From: a virus
Taxonomy: Duplodnaviria; Caudoviricetes
DNA: 25,577 bases
IMG/VR virus record: IMGVR_UViG_3300022936_000027
Span: 1 to 25,577 of that record
Reading direction: 5' to 3' (one strand)
The translations under genes were made by a program, and so were the position numbers. The notes under the pieces were generated by a model. The model was given only the letters and a program-made list of their open reading frames with translations. It was not told the DNA's origin and did not search any database. Shown piece after piece: positions 1 through 9,278 of the stretch (the stretch's first letter is position 1; every line of letters starts with the position of its first letter).

Positions 1-1345
1 TGTAACTTAAACTTGTATTCCAGTAGCCCTTGTACTGAAACATAACAGCAGCGTCTCCTTTTGGACCCGACCCGCTAGCCAAAACCTGCCAAAACGCTGA
101 ACCACTAACTCCGGTCGGAGAATTGATAGGACTTGAAACGTGAGTCTGCAATGCAGCCCAAGAAACTCCATTAATATTTGTCCAATCTAGAAATCCGTAG
201 GTCATGCTATTAACCCACTGACCTCTAGGAGTTAGAGAAGGGCCAATTAGTCCTTGCTCTCCCTTCAAAACATTAATCATTCCGCTCGCATCTAGAGCAA
301 AGTAATCAATAAAATAACCTGTATCTCTAACTACATCAGAAAACTCTACCGTGAACGATCCACTGTTTACATTAGAAATGTAATATCCTAGATGAGGATT
401 GCTTGAGGACTCTGTTCCTAGCTGAGTCATTACAAAAGGTTTTGTAGAGTAACCCGTTACATTAACGATATACGTTGCCGAACCCGTAGGAATATAAACT
501 TTATGAGCAGCGAAAATACTGGTAGATTCGATATTCTGTAAATCAGCACCACTGATATTTAGAATATTACCTTGCTGCCAAACTGTTACCGTTCCTCTAC
601 CTTGCGTGAAGATATTTCCGCTAGCTTTATTTATGCCAAGAACTCCCGCAAAACCTGTAGAAACTCCAGTGCTAATAGTAGCTACAGTATCAACGAAGTC
701 CTTTCTTAGAGCGTCTATCCCAGTTTTAAACTGGCCATAGTTAACTGCGTAATCTAAATTAGTAGTGTAAGGGACTTTAGCTCCACCTATAAATGTCTTT
801 AGACCTGCAATAGTTTGCGCGCCTTCTGAAGTTAGAATGGATTGATTATTTAACTTCCAAGCTCCATATAAACCATAGCTACTCCAGTTTAAAACTTCAT
901 TTTGGGAAGCATCTAATAAAGTGCTATTAGCTACATTTATTTTAGAATCTCCAGAAGGAGAATAAATCTTTTCCGCCCTTAACTGTCCAACGAAAGTTTT
1001 ATTTCCGCTAATACTCTGATCGCCACTTCTGTAAACGAATTGAGAATTGACTAAAGCGTTTAGGTTAATATTTACTAACGCGAAAGCATCATCAACATAT
1101 TTCTTTGAAATTGCTTGTCCGGTAGCGCCACTATAAGGAATATTTGGAGGCAGAGAGAAAGTCTTCTGTCCAAAAATTGTCTGGTTTCCTCCCGTCGCAT
1201 AAACTACATTAGACCCTAATGATCCACCATTAGACAAATAATTGTCAATGAATCCTCCAAACGAACTTGTTAGTAGCCCTGAAAGATAACTTCCAAAATC
1301 TACCAAGTCGATCTGATTGGTCTTAATGCGGTTTAGTTCTGGCAT
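1..1345 (-). CDS. tail-fibre-like virion protein, partial (runs off left edge)
   Basis: Missing from the ORF track because it has no stop in the window. ATG at 1345 lies 5 nt after the portal stop and the frame stays open to the edge: MPELNRIKTNQIDLVDF...MFQYKGYWNTSLSY. G/S/T-rich, with three GxQ(T/S)IxGxKTF repeats typical of phage fibre proteins. Confidence 0.7.
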   Translation of the reverse strand, partial: MPELNRIKTNQIDLVDFGSYLSGLLTSSFGGFIDNYLSNGGSLGSNVVYATGGNQTIFGQKTFSLPPNIPYSGATGQAISKKYVDDAFALVNINLNALVNSQFVYRSGDQSISGNKTFVGQLRAEKIYSPSGDSKINVANSTLLDASQNEVLNWSSYGLYGAWKLNNQSILTSEGAQTIAGLKTFIGGAKVPYTTNLDYAVNYGQFKTGIDALRKDFVDTVATISTGVSTGFAGVLGINKASGNIFTQGRGTVTVWQQGNILNISGADLQNIESTSIFAAHKVYIPTGSATYIVNVTGYSTKPFVMTQLGTESSSNPHLGYYISNVNSGSFTVEFSDVVRDTGYFIDYFALDASGMINVLKGEQGLIGPSLTPRGQWVNSMTYGFLDWTNINGVSWAALQTHVSSPINSPTGVSGSAFWQVLASGSGPKGDAAVMFQYKGYWNTSLSY

Positions 1346-1350
1346 GGTAT

Positions 1351-3366
1351 TTAAATCTTAGAGTGGAACAGTAGAGAAGCCATTCTGTTATCCTCAATGT
1401 CATAGTCAGTCTGAATATCAATGATAGCTAATTGATTCTCAATGCTCATCTTTGGTAATTCTTCTTGTCTAGCATAAGTCTCCCATTCTGAAGGAGGAAC
1501 ACTTTCAATAATGATACTTGTTTTATTAGCGATAAGTTCCTTTTGGCTTTTAGTTAAACGCTTAGTAGGATTCGCTTTTTTAAACTCTTCTGTAACAATG
1601 TCTTCTAGCTTGTAAGCTAAAGCGGTATTTTCGATTAAAGCTCTTTGGCTAAACACTCCTTCTAATTCTTCATCTAAGCTAGCCTTGGCTGGCTTAACTG
1701 TTTTCTTAGTCTGAGGAGACTTAGTTCCGCCGGGTCTTCCGGGCTGACCATTAATAACGATTTGAGGAGGCTTCTGCTCAGGATTGTCGGCCTTATGCTT
1801 CAACTCCTTCGTCTTAATCTTCATGTCATGCTCTTGAGTCAACTGAGTTTGTTTAACCTGATTCTTAAAGCCATCTTCTTGTAGAGTGCTTGTAGAGAAA
1901 GGCCCACCAACAATAGGCTCGAACAATCCTTTATCCTTTTGCTTTCTGAATTCCTCTTGATTGGTAAGTAAGTCTTCTGAAGTTGGATATAGTCCAGTCT
2001 CCATTAACTCTAGTCCATCTTTAGGAGTTAGAACTCCCATCTGTAATAACTGAGCAGCAATACGTAAGAAGTTAGCGTTATCTTCCAAGTTGATTGGCTC
2101 AAACTCAACCTTTGGATAAGCTTTAAAGTTTAGAAGCTTACTAATTCTTTTAATTTCTGGCTGTAAAAACTCATTGATGAAAAGCTTTTGAGCACCTTCT
2201 AATTTCTTGGTATAAACCTTGATCTTAGCCATGATGCTAGCAAACTTATCTTCTCCAAAGTAAATATTGCTTAAACTGTTAGCAATGTTAGTTTTAATTT
2301 CATCATACTTTTGAGGAATGATGATCTTACTTAAGTCTGGAGTAATAAATTCTGCTTTAGTAGTGTAATCAGCAACAAGAGCACGACCTAATTGGTCTTT
2401 CTTGAAAGCAGCCTTCAACATTTCCATCGCTTTTGGATTTGTTCCACCGTCTTCCTTCTTAGCTCCCATTGTAACTAACAACATCATGTATTCTACAGAT
2501 TTAGAAACGATTAAATCGGCTTTCTTCATCTCTAGTAATAAATTAATATCATCTAGTGCGCAATATCCCATAGGAACTGCGAATGGCTCGTAGTCTTGCT
2601 TCTGATAGAAGACTGTGTGTAGCTTATCTGGGTCTAACTTAATTATTGTCTGTCCAGTTGATCCAATTCCACCAGCATATTGATTGATAGCACTTTTAAT
2701 ATCTTTATAGATACTTGGTTCGTCTCCATCCGCGCTTTTAATCTGATCTAGCTCTAACTTAGTTAAAACTTTAGCGTAAATGGGAACTCCAGTCTCAAAA
2801 TACTGAGCACAAAGAGTCGCTGGATTCAACATGATGTATCTTCCAGGAATTTCAATCTTTTTAGCGTAAGTTTGACTTAGCTTTAATACTTCGTCGGCCT
2901 TTAAAGTAAGATCAGCTCTATATAAGAAGATGTTACCAGACCTAAAGCATTCACGGAAAAACTGATCTCTTAATTTCCATCCACCAATCTTCTTATCCCA
3001 AGATTGAAAGAATTTTAATGACTGAGTATTTCCTTCGTAGAAATGTAGAGGAGTATTACAAAGCTCGGCCATTGTATCAACGGCTGTTTTGAAAATACCA
3101 ATTCTGTAATAAGCTTTTTGACAAGCAATTACGGCTTCTCTGATTGTATAATAACCTCTTTCCGTTCCGAATGGAAGTCCAAGGCCCTCAATGTTTGGCC
3201 AGTAATTACAAATTGATCCAGACAAAGGAGTATTGCCACGAGAGTAGTCTTGTGACGAAGCACTAGCAATTGATCTACCCACTAAATCAGGTAAAGCTGC
3301 CTCAGAAAAATCTAGAGGAGCATCATCTTTTAATACTACTTGCTTTTTAGGTCTGCCTTGAGCCAT
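1351..3366 (-). CDS. probable portal protein
   Basis: 671 aa, directly downstream of the large terminase, which is the canonical gene order. Portal-like segments AVDTMAELC, FFRECFRSGNIFLY and YQKQDYEPFAVP, followed by a low-complexity C-terminal part. Confidence 0.7.
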   Translation of the reverse strand: MAQGRPKKQVVLKDDAPLDFSEAALPDLVGRSIASASSQDYSRGNTPLSGSICNYWPNIEGLGLPFGTERGYYTIREAVIACQKAYYRIGIFKTAVDTMAELCNTPLHFYEGNTQSLKFFQSWDKKIGGWKLRDQFFRECFRSGNIFLYRADLTLKADEVLKLSQTYAKKIEIPGRYIMLNPATLCAQYFETGVPIYAKVLTKLELDQIKSADGDEPSIYKDIKSAINQYAGGIGSTGQTIIKLDPDKLHTVFYQKQDYEPFAVPMGYCALDDINLLLEMKKADLIVSKSVEYMMLLVTMGAKKEDGGTNPKAMEMLKAAFKKDQLGRALVADYTTKAEFITPDLSKIIIPQKYDEIKTNIANSLSNIYFGEDKFASIMAKIKVYTKKLEGAQKLFINEFLQPEIKRISKLLNFKAYPKVEFEPINLEDNANFLRIAAQLLQMGVLTPKDGLELMETGLYPTSEDLLTNQEEFRKQKDKGLFEPIVGGPFSTSTLQEDGFKNQVKQTQLTQEHDMKIKTKELKHKADNPEQKPPQIVINGQPGRPGGTKSPQTKKTVKPAKASLDEELEGVFSQRALIENTALAYKLEDIVTEEFKKANPTKRLTKSQKELIANKTSIIIESVPPSEWETYARQEELPKMSIENQLAIIDIQTDYDIEDNRMASLLFHSKI

Positions 3367-3393
3367 TGTTATTTATTCCTTTATCCTTATAGG

Positions 3394-3400
3394 TTACACT
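3394..3400 (-). promoter_or_regulatory. AGTGTAA motif, candidate phage late promoter
   Basis: 27 nt upstream of the portal ATG. The same heptamer occurs upstream of the ATGs at 8005 and 10018. Confidence 0.5.
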
Positions 3401-3422
3401 AATTCGTTTCATAAATCTGTTT

Positions 3423-5288
3423 TTAATCTAGGAAAAATGGAATAAATCCAGCATCTTCGTCAGGCTCATCCATCATATCGAAGTAACATTTTAGTCCCCA
3501 GCATCCAAGTAATAGAGCGGTATAGCTATCTCTTCTTGATCTTGTTGGAGAGGTGTCTCTTTTAATAGATTGAGGCAATGTAAATGTTAAAGTTCCATTA
3601 TCTGTGCTCTTTACTTCAATTAAAGCGGTCTCAGACTTAACTAAGTTAATCATTTCAGCTTGATGGTCGATAAAGTCTGCTTTTTTAGCAGTGTCCTTTA
3701 ACGATTTAGATTCTTGATCGTAAATTAAATGTTCAATGTCTAAATCTAGGTGCATTAATTCTTCAAACTTTTTATCCATTGCAGCGGAAGCGAATTTAAT
3801 ACTTCTATGATCGAAGCAGGCGGCTAATCTTTCATTCGCTAACTTTAACCATGAAGAACTAAACCATTGAGCTTGGCAAATCTTTCTTTCGGCCAAACTA
3901 TAATCATATTTAGATTTACGGACGCCTTCCATGTAATTGATGTTATCGAAGTCATGGTTAAAAGTTAATACCTTTAGTTTATTCAAAGCGAAAACCGTGC
4001 TCGCGTTACAATCCTCTAAGAACCAAGAGCCGGAGGCATCAATTACTATATAGACAATATTAAAAGCCTTTAATAAATATGTTAGATAATTTAGGTGATC
4101 TTGAAATTGCCCTCCAGCTACAGCGTAGTTATGAACTACTATTCCATGCTTATTTTCATTATCAATCTTTAATACAGTCATAGCAAAGTGATCGCTCGCC
4201 TCCGCTTTACTCCAGCTAGGGTCGATTGCTAGAATATACTTAGATTTTTTATCATCGACAATTTCGATAGTAGGCGATTCCCCATTTGGGATAGTGCATA
4301 AGTCCATTTTTCTTTTCGAGAAGAAACCTCCACTGTCGTCGGTGAAAATAGAATTAAACTCTCTATTAAATTGGACTTCTGACATCTGATTTCTAAATGT
4401 GTTAATATTGTCTTCATTGTATAAGAATTTAGGCGCAATCTCGTGAGAGAATTGCATAACTCCATACGTCGAAGTGTCTCTGAATTTTCCGTTTTCATCT
4501 TTTGGGTTTGTTTCGTAGATATTATCTACATATTTTTTGTATAATTTGTAAAGGAATTCAAACTTATAAGAAGCAGAAGATAAACCAACAAATTTGTTAT
4601 TGCTGAATTTAGTTCTTTCTTCTTCCGTCATTTGTCCCGCACGAATTAGATTGGTTTCCTCGTTGTAAACTTTCGTTCTAACGATAGGATCGGAGTTAGC
4701 CGCCAAGAAAGGTAGAATAACTTCATTAATAATGTTTTCTGGGATAAGTAACAACTCATCAAGAACCATTACATTAAAACGGAAACCTCTAAGCTTATCT
4801 CCAACGCCTAAAGGTAGAGCGGTGATCTTTGATTTACCAATATCAATAGACCAAGCATCAGCTCTATGCGCAGGAGCGCCATTGAAACATTCCGAAAGCA
4901 TTGCTCCGTCTTTACTAAAGGCGAACTTCTCAATATATCCGAATAACTGTCTGCTCTGTCTGAATGAAGCTGAAATAATACCGATGTTAGCCCCTGGCGT
5001 AAATAAAGCGTATAACCAGCAGAACATAGCCGCTGACCAAGACTTAGAAATAGCTCGACCAGCAATAGCCATGAAGAAATCCTTTTGGAACATCCCTCTA
5101 ATCATCATTTCTTGGAATGGAAACAACGTATTCCCTGTCATTAGTTCAACCGTGAAATTTAGGTTGTTTCTAAGAAAAGCCGCCAAGGATTCTTTTGCTA
5201 CATCATTATCTAATTTGCCATGTAGCTTTAAAATTTCCTGATTTACGTTTTCCGGTCTATTATTATTGAAGTATCCTTCGAATCTCAT
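3423..5288 (-). CDS. terL: terminase large subunit
   Basis: Q motif LFPFQ, Walker A AGRAISKS, Walker B RGFRFNVMVLDE, coupling motif LSSAS, QFNREF, and RNase H-type nuclease acidic residues in ILAIDPS, IVIDAS and RRDSYTA. Confidence 0.93.
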   Translation of the reverse strand: MRFEGYFNNNRPENVNQEILKLHGKLDNDVAKESLAAFLRNNLNFTVELMTGNTLFPFQEMMIRGMFQKDFFMAIAGRAISKSWSAAMFCWLYALFTPGANIGIISASFRQSRQLFGYIEKFAFSKDGAMLSECFNGAPAHRADAWSIDIGKSKITALPLGVGDKLRGFRFNVMVLDELLLIPENIINEVILPFLAANSDPIVRTKVYNEETNLIRAGQMTEEERTKFSNNKFVGLSSASYKFEFLYKLYKKYVDNIYETNPKDENGKFRDTSTYGVMQFSHEIAPKFLYNEDNINTFRNQMSEVQFNREFNSIFTDDSGGFFSKRKMDLCTIPNGESPTIEIVDDKKSKYILAIDPSWSKAEASDHFAMTVLKIDNENKHGIVVHNYAVAGGQFQDHLNYLTYLLKAFNIVYIVIDASGSWFLEDCNASTVFALNKLKVLTFNHDFDNINYMEGVRKSKYDYSLAERKICQAQWFSSSWLKLANERLAACFDHRSIKFASAAMDKKFEELMHLDLDIEHLIYDQESKSLKDTAKKADFIDHQAEMINLVKSETALIEVKSTDNGTLTFTLPQSIKRDTSPTRSRRDSYTALLLGCWGLKCYFDMMDEPDEDAGFIPFFLD

Positions 5289-5290
5289 AG

Positions 5291-6001
5291 TTATTTATTT
5301 AATCTTTTCTGCGCAGTCTCCCAATTAGCCTCATGTATCTCAAATCCAATATAACTTTTATTTAAATTTTTCGCTGCAAGTAATGTTGTCGCGCTTCCGG
5401 CGAAAGGGTCTAGCACGATAGCTCCATCTTTAATACCAGAAAGTTTTATGCATAATTCTGGGAGTGTAATAGGGAATCTATCATTATGGAGTTTATCCTC
5501 TTTGTCGTTGATAGTTTCGTAGGGAATCTCCCATACATTTCCTCGACATTTTAAATCTCTTCCTCCAGCAAATCTCTTTACATTACTCTTGTCTTTATAA
5601 GGAACTCCTACCGCTAGTCTATCAATGTCAGGCATACTAGCTTTATGAAGCAAAAAGATAAATTCACTTAAGTTATTTAGCCTTTTATTTCCTTGAATAG
5701 GACGGTAATGATTCTTTACCCAAGTAATTGTGTCGTTAAGTCTATATCCAGCCTTCATAGCCATTTCTAAAACTTTAAATGGTCTAGCCTTATCTTCTGC
5801 TAGATGACCGAAGTTTAAAAAGAATAAAGAGTTTGTTTTAGATACCCTATAACACTCTTGTAATACATCCATTAAGAAATCTGGATTGTATCCGTCCGAA
5901 TCTTTATAAACTGGACTAGTTATAATTAAATCAATAGAATCTTCTTCTATCTCTTTGAGTCCGGGTAAACAGTTTTGATTATATAGTTTGTTTAATTCCA
6001 T
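5291..6001 (-). CDS. DNA amino-methyltransferase (N4-C/N6-A, beta class)
   Basis: Catalytic motif IV DLIITSPVY near the N-terminus and SAM-binding motif I VLDPFAGSATT near the C-terminus, plus IGFEI. Confidence 0.92.
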   Translation of the reverse strand: MELNKLYNQNCLPGLKEIEEDSIDLIITSPVYKDSDGYNPDFLMDVLQECYRVSKTNSLFFLNFGHLAEDKARPFKVLEMAMKAGYRLNDTITWVKNHYRPIQGNKRLNNLSEFIFLLHKASMPDIDRLAVGVPYKDKSNVKRFAGGRDLKCRGNVWEIPYETINDKEDKLHNDRFPITLPELCIKLSGIKDGAIVLDPFAGSATTLLAAKNLNKSYIGFEIHEANWETAQKRLNK

Positions 6002-6930
6002 TATAGTGCCTTGCTATCAATTAGATATTGTAAGTCGAGTGTTGTTGGGTCGATCTCTAGAGAGTAAATTTTTTCTACTAGCTCTACTGCCTTAACTCTG
6101 CCGTCCGCGAATGCGAACTGGATGTTAGGATACTTTTGCATTAGTGCTCTAACTTTATGAAAGATATAAGCGGGATTAGCTTTAATCTTCTTACTAACGT
6201 GAGGAAGCATATCAAATCCCAAAGCATCATTGATAGAAGACTCTACTAAAATAACCAAATAATTATTATCTTTAGCCGCTCTTTCAATCTCTCTACAAAA
6301 TCTATCATAGCCACCACTTATAGTATTAATAAAATCAGTTAAATTCTTACGCTCAATAAAAACGTGACTCCATTTTGAGTTGTTGCAGGAGTAGTCGCCA
6401 TACTCCACTTTTTTAATAGTGGTCTTATGAACCTTGTCGAATTTCCAAGGTGTTTGCTCTCTTGTATCAATAACCAAATCTAGGGGTTTACTTGTATAAC
6501 TAAGGGGTTTGGCTATATTGTAAAGGAAACGGGTTTTAAAGCCCATTTGCGCGCATTCTAGGTTGTAGTTAAAGTGCTTCTGATACCACAGTACGTTAGG
6601 AGAGCATAAACTTCTTAACTCCACTTGAGAAGGAGCGTAAAAAGCTTTTCCAGCAGCGAATCTTTTCTCTAGAAGTTCGAGCGCATACTCCTTACCTTCC
6701 TCTGGATTCTCTTTTAACCATTTCTTTAATTCATTCTTGTCATTGAAGTCGCTGCTAAAGTAAGATTCCCTGTTCTTGAAGAATATGATCTTACCAGTTA
6801 GCTTAGAGAATCTTTTATCGTAGTTTAAACAATAATCAGACTCTTTAATATGGTGCTCTTTCCAAAAATGAGAGGGCTCTATCTCTAAAGCCCCACAAAT
6901 TTTACATTCTGTATAACTATACTTATCCAT
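6001..6930 (-). CDS. ERCC4-domain nuclease with N-terminal C2H2-like zinc finger
   Basis: ERCC4 signature VIDTREQ...GDYS...IERKNLTDF...RFCREIER. N-terminal CKIC...H...HH. Confidence 0.85.
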   Translation of the reverse strand: MDKYSYTECKICGALEIEPSHFWKEHHIKESDYCLNYDKRFSKLTGKIIFFKNRESYFSSDFNDKNELKKWLKENPEEGKEYALELLEKRFAAGKAFYAPSQVELRSLCSPNVLWYQKHFNYNLECAQMGFKTRFLYNIAKPLSYTSKPLDLVIDTREQTPWKFDKVHKTTIKKVEYGDYSCNNSKWSHVFIERKNLTDFINTISGGYDRFCREIERAAKDNNYLVILVESSINDALGFDMLPHVSKKIKANPAYIFHKVRALMQKYPNIQFAFADGRVKAVELVEKIYSLEIDPTTLDLQYLIDSKAL

Positions 6931-8005
6931 GTAGTATTTCTTCTCGTGAGAATCCTAGAATTCTGCACTTAACGTCTTGAATATTCTCTAATCTATCTAG
7001 CTCTGTAGCTACTTCGGTTTTTCTTAACTCTTCTCTTTCGACGGTCTTCTTTCGTTCCTTCTCGTCAGACCACCATTCAATTAAATCAACTACAGATAAG
7101 GTGCTTTTCTGTTTATTCTTATGTCTTTCTGATCTTTTACCTTGTAGATCATCAATTAGTTTCTGCTGTCTAGTATCGCACTTATTTAACTCTTCTGTTT
7201 TCGCCTTAATCATTTCAGCTAAGGCTTGAGAAACCTTGCCTTCTGGATCATCAAACATTCTTTCATACTTTTCGTTAAGCATGTCCAAATGACGATTAAC
7301 CGTAATCATTAAAACGTAGTTAGAGCATAAGTTGATACATAAGTTTAGCTCGTCCGGGGTAAGGTCGGGTTTATCATATACAGTTCTAATAAACTCGCTC
7401 TCAAAAATGTCTCGGCTAATTCTAGAGCTATAAGAATTAACCATTTGAAGGAAACGGGGGGCTCTAAGGAATCCTCTAACTGATTCAAAGTGTTTCTTTT
7501 GTTGGGCGTTAAGTAATTCGACTTGATAATCTTTGAATAAACAGGCGTTTACTTTGTCGATTAACTGCTTAAGAGTATTAATCGGTTTATACTCTTCGAG
7601 AACTTCGTCGTTGGAATGTTCTCCTTTTAGTTCTACTGGTAACTCCTTAATGAAGTTGTAAACAGTTCTACTTTCTAGATTTAATGGCCCAAGTCTATTG
7701 TTATTGAATAAGATTCTAGCAATTTCAGTAGCAGATGATCCATTTCCTAAATTAGAAATAATAAAATCCTTTTGGTCTTCTGTTAATTCAATATTACCGA
7801 TCTTTTTGTAAGCCGTAGGTAAAGGTTCTCTATCTCCGAGATAATTCGCTACTGCTTTACTTTCAATCGAACGCCCATCTAGCTTGTCGTCATTAAAAGT
7901 TCCCTTCACTAACTCTGGCATCCTCATTTGATGCCAGTTCTCGTCAATGAAAGCCTTCTGTTCTTCCGAAAGCTCTACATTTAATTCTTTTTTCTTATAA
8001 GCCAT
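6923..8005 (-). CDS. hypothetical protein, possible terminase small subunit
   Basis: 360 aa with two similar N-terminal HTH-like repeats and a C-terminal coiled coil. First gene of the run leading to terL. Function is inferred from context only. Confidence 0.45.
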   Translation of the reverse strand: MAYKKKELNVELSEEQKAFIDENWHQMRMPELVKGTFNDDKLDGRSIESKAVANYLGDREPLPTAYKKIGNIELTEDQKDFIISNLGNGSSATEIARILFNNNRLGPLNLESRTVYNFIKELPVELKGEHSNDEVLEEYKPINTLKQLIDKVNACLFKDYQVELLNAQQKKHFESVRGFLRAPRFLQMVNSYSSRISRDIFESEFIRTVYDKPDLTPDELNLCINLCSNYVLMITVNRHLDMLNEKYERMFDDPEGKVSQALAEMIKAKTEELNKCDTRQQKLIDDLQGKRSERHKNKQKSTLSVVDLIEWWSDEKERKKTVEREELRKTEVATELDRLENIQDVKCRILGFSREEILHG

Positions 8006-8010
8006 AATCT

Positions 8011-8030
8011 ATACACTTATGTATTACACT
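8011..8030 (-). promoter_or_regulatory. tandem AGTGTAA / AGTGTAT motifs, candidate late promoter
   Basis: Minus strand reads AGTGTAAtacataAGTGTATagattATG within a 30-nt gap. Confidence 0.55.
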
Positions 8031-8035
8031 TTTTA

Positions 8036-8698
8036 TTAATAAAATTCATTCAAGACAATTTTTTTAGCTTTTTCTAAAATAACTTTCTTCATGTTATGAA
8101 CTTGCCTATATCCTACGTTGCGATGTTTCTCGGAAGACTTATAACCCATAGCTTCTGCTACTTCTCCTTCAGTTTTACCGTCTATATAAAGTAATTTATA
8201 AACCTTATACTGGATTGGACTTAAAGTTTCTCTCATTCTCTCATGTAATGTAGCAGCTTTAGTTTCTATTTCTTCGTCAGTGCTAGTCATAGCAGATGTT
8301 TCTAGTAAATGATTTTCAATAGAAACTGGAAGCTTCACATCATAAGCTCTTTTCTTAGTTTTTTCCCAATGCTTATATAAAGGACAAGCTGAACATTGTT
8401 TTGCGTAGATTCGACAACGATCTTCTCCTTCGTTAGCCGCACAACTTACGCAAGGGCGAGCGATGTTCATGTATAGATTTCGTAACTTATTACGAATTTG
8501 ATTGGTAATGACTGTATTTAACCAAGGCAAGAACGCTCTACTCTGGTCCCATAAATGCCATTGTTTATGTAGATGAATCTTTAGCTCTTGAGCAACATCG
8601 TCAAAGTCCATCCAAGCGACAGCTTTAAGTTGCCACTTATGCCTACGCTTTTCAATTTCTCGGTCAATATCAACAATCTTATCTTTAAACTCTACCAT
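8036..8698 (-). CDS. phage RNA polymerase sigma factor (sigma70/ECF-like)
   Basis: Region 2 (DFDDVAQEL...AFLPWLNTVITNQIRNKLR) and region 4 HTH (LSPIQYKVYKLLYIDGKTEGEVAEAMG), joined by a Cys-rich linker. Confidence 0.85.
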   Translation of the reverse strand: MVEFKDKIVDIDREIEKRRHKWQLKAVAWMDFDDVAQELKIHLHKQWHLWDQSRAFLPWLNTVITNQIRNKLRNLYMNIARPCVSCAANEGEDRCRIYAKQCSACPLYKHWEKTKKRAYDVKLPVSIENHLLETSAMTSTDEEIETKAATLHERMRETLSPIQYKVYKLLYIDGKTEGEVAEAMGYKSSEKHRNVGYRQVHNMKKVILEKAKKIVLNEFY

Positions 8699-9042
8699 TA
8701 TTGTCCTTTTCTTTTCCTAGGCTTCTTAGTATTAGCTGGAGCCGAAGGCTTTGGCTCAATCTCACTTAACTTAAAACTATTATTATCCACTATAGGAGTT
8801 ACTTCTTCCTCTTGGATTGGATCAAGATTAGCGATAATTTGTTCCAGTTTATCAAATGTTAGTCCTGGAACTTCTTCTTGTTCTCTATTAAATGGTTGGC
8901 CTGGTCTAAGGGTTGGATTAGATTCTACTGGTGGCTGTGGTCTTGGGACGGCAGCTATAGTAAAAGCATTTCGACAACTACTACAATTTAAATTAGTAGA
9001 TATATTAGCTGTCCCGCATTGCATACAATATTTGTTAGCCAT
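8698..9042 (-). CDS. zinc-ribbon protein
   Basis: N-terminal CMQC...CSSC. Start and stop overlap both neighbours by 1 nt. Confidence 0.7.
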   Translation of the reverse strand: MANKYCMQCGTANISTNLNCSSCRNAFTIAAVPRPQPPVESNPTLRPGQPFNREQEEVPGLTFDKLEQIIANLDPIQEEEVTPIVDNNSFKLSEIEPKPSAPANTKKPRKRKGQ

Positions 9043-9278
9043 TATTTTCTTTTCTTTCTATGTTTGTTTCGTTCTTGTTTAGCGACTTCGTGATAATCTA
9101 TACCATCAACTCCATCATGTTTCATTATAGCCCAACTAAGTTCAAGATTGTATAATATTTTATCTATTAACTCACCTTTACTTTTAGCTTCTATGACGAA
9201 GGAAGGAGGCTCAACCCCTTCAGGTAGAACCTCCCCTTGATCGTCCCATAGAATCATGGACGTTTTTAATTTTAGCAT
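9042..9278 (-). CDS. hypothetical protein
   Basis: 78 aa, translationally coupled (TAATG) to phoH and to the next gene. Confidence 0.7.
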   Translation of the reverse strand: MLKLKTSMILWDDQGEVLPEGVEPPSFVIEAKSKGELIDKILYNLELSWAIMKHDGVDGIDYHEVAKQERNKHRKKRK

